DNA from: Dehalococcoidia bacterium
Lineage (GTDB): Bacteria > Chloroflexota > Dehalococcoidia > Lucifugimonadales > UBA2985
Reading direction: 5' to 3'
Assembly (NCBI GenBank): GCA_963581795.1
Contig: CAUZOU010000002.1
Location: 1 to 35,746, forward strand
DNA length: 35,746 bases
The notes beneath the pieces were generated by a model. It saw only the letters and a list, made by a program, of their open reading frames with translations. It did not search any database and was not told the DNA's origin. Position 1 is the stretch's first letter; every line of letters begins with the position of its first letter. Both the position numbers and the translations under genes were made by a program. Positions 34,765 to 35,746 of this stretch are shown here, piece by piece.

Positions 34765-35019
34765 ATGTTTCTAGCCAGGGTATATGTCACACTGAAACCA
34801 ACGGTCAACGACCCACAGGGCCGCACCATCCTCAGCAGTCTGAAAAGCCTTGGCTTTGACCTAGCGACGGATGTACGTGCAGGCAAATACCTGGAGATAA
34901 AGGTGGACAGCACAGATAAAGCCGCGGCTGAGACAACGGTGGAGGAGATGTGCCGGAAGCTGCTGGCCAACCCGGTCATAGAGAGTTACCGGTACGAGTT
35001 GGAGGAGATTCTTTTGTAA
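34765..35019 (+). CDS. purS: Phosphoribosylformylglycinamidine synthase subunit PurS
   Basis: 84 aa with V.V.LKP.V.DPQG..I...L..LGF......R.GK..E. and ANPVIESY blocks. Confidence 0.9.
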   Translation: MFLARVYVTLKPTVNDPQGRTILSSLKSLGFDLATDVRAGKYLEIKVDSTDKAAAETTVEEMCRKLLANPVIESYRYELEEILL

Positions 35020-35746
35020 CCTCCCCGCCCCTCTAGGTGAGCTTGCCAGAGTACAGATGATCGGAGTGTAAAGTAGGGCCAAGGAGGCAATGGAAATGGC
35101 ACCCAATGAGTGAGTCGATACCGCGGCCATGGAGAATTCACTGAAAATCCTGGACACGATTTACCCTACAACAGCGGGAGGGCTGTTGAGGTAAGCCAGG
35201 GAGATAATGGACAGCCTGAGCGTAACCTTTTTTCTCAGGCAGGGTACGTGTCTCGGAGCAATCAGGTAAGGTTGCCTAATCTCCTGCGACAACGACATAG
35301 ACATAGGGTCTGCGATTGGGCTTCACGGTGTTTACGGAAGGACATGTTGATCAGGTCGTTGCTGCCTTCACGGATAGGGGCTTTTTTGCCAAGGAATTCA
35401 CACGCAACGGCCTCATCACTATTGTGTCGTTTGTGAAGTCATTCATAAGGCTTGACTGAGCCTGCTACAGAGTCATCAACGACAGCATTTCCCACTACAC
35501 CAGTGTGCAAATCCCCGTGCTACTGTTCACTCAACTAAAGGACATCGACTCGTTAAAGGGAAGTTCCTAGTGCCCAATCCACCTGAGGAATACTTGGAAT
35601 AGGAATACGGGCCTGAGTGGATGACACCCAAGTAAGCCAGAAACTATGAGAACGATATAGTCAGGCTGATGCCTGAGGGACCGATTGCAGGGAGCGCTGG
35701 TAAGCTGAGTCAGTTTCTCAGCCGGCAAGTCCCGCGGTGACGTACA
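35020..35746. other. Contig-terminal non-coding tract with multiple local hairpins (unassigned structured RNA or mobile-element end)
   Basis: No convincing ORF exists on either strand. The only long ORF (35110-35436) is Arg-rich with no family resemblance. Perfect short hairpins occur at 35224-35250, 35660-35675 and 35704-35722. CCTGAG and GGTAAG motifs recur. Confidence 0.4.

Noticed and set aside
35110-35436. 108 aa ORF in the terminal tract (MSRYRGHGEFTENPGH...).
   Set aside because: It is Arg/Ser-rich and low in complexity. The GTG start has no Shine-Dalgarno at proper spacing. No family was recognised. It overlaps hairpin-rich sequence that is better explained as non-coding.
35555-35590. 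AAAGGGAAG...CCCAAUCC resembles the GGGAA...GGUG.AAUCC core of cobalamin riboswitches.
   Set aside because: The obligatory nearby CCCGCCACUGU element and the B12 box are missing. The only GUCCCGC-like string lies about 170 nt away.
35503-35746. Possible group II intron 5' end. A GTGTG at 35503-35507 fits the GUGYG consensus, and purine-rich GGTAAG/GAAAC-type motifs follow.
   Set aside because: No domain V or reverse-transcriptase ORF is in the window. The 5' pentamer alone is non-specific. I cannot fold domain I convincingly by eye. This is kept only as one hypothesis in the finding for 35020-35746.
1-35746. CRISPR arrays, tandem repeats, rRNA or tRNA genes, intact transposase or integrase genes.
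   Set aside because: No periodic direct repeats, no rRNA or tRNA signatures and no DDE or tyrosine-recombinase-like ORFs were seen on either strand by visual inspection.

Overview
This 35.7 kb window is gene-dense (about 36 CDS, all but three on the + strand) and mostly housekeeping. It is probably a whole contig from a moderately GC-rich bacterium. The LL-DAP aminotransferase route, the archaeal-type iPGM and the PQQ-propeller Ser/Thr kinase fit a Chloroflexota-like genome, but that is inference only.

Gene order:
- nfo, a small HExxH metallopeptidase, leucine-type dehydrogenase (-), guaA (-)
- tsaC and a polyprenyl-synthase-like gene with both Asp-rich motifs altered
- pgk-apgM-tpiA, miaA
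- a 385 nt non-coding gap
- a dapF / small protein / dapL cluster, hflX
- an orphan OppD-type ABC ATPase, holA (-)
- a membrane Ser/Thr kinase, ychF, hemW, selB
- a three-gene NurA / stand-alone HAS-barrel / HerA-type ATPase module
- about 870 nt of AT-richer sequence holding decayed gene fragments
- a purine cluster (purD-purE-lipoprotein-purB-purC-DUF3105-purS)
- a terminal 727 nt non-coding, hairpin-rich tract where purQ/purL would be expected

No rRNA, tRNA, CRISPR array or intact transposase was recognised.

The best candidate for an undescribed system is the NurA / HAS-barrel / HerA trio at 24.5-28.1 kb, with the degraded region next to it. Secondary points of interest:
- the N-for-D polyprenyl-synthase paralog
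- a perfect 20 bp palindrome inside the pur cluster
- a short hairpin repeat shared by two intergenic regions
- the unexplained contig-terminal non-coding tract

All family assignments come from reading motifs in the supplied translations. No database search was run.
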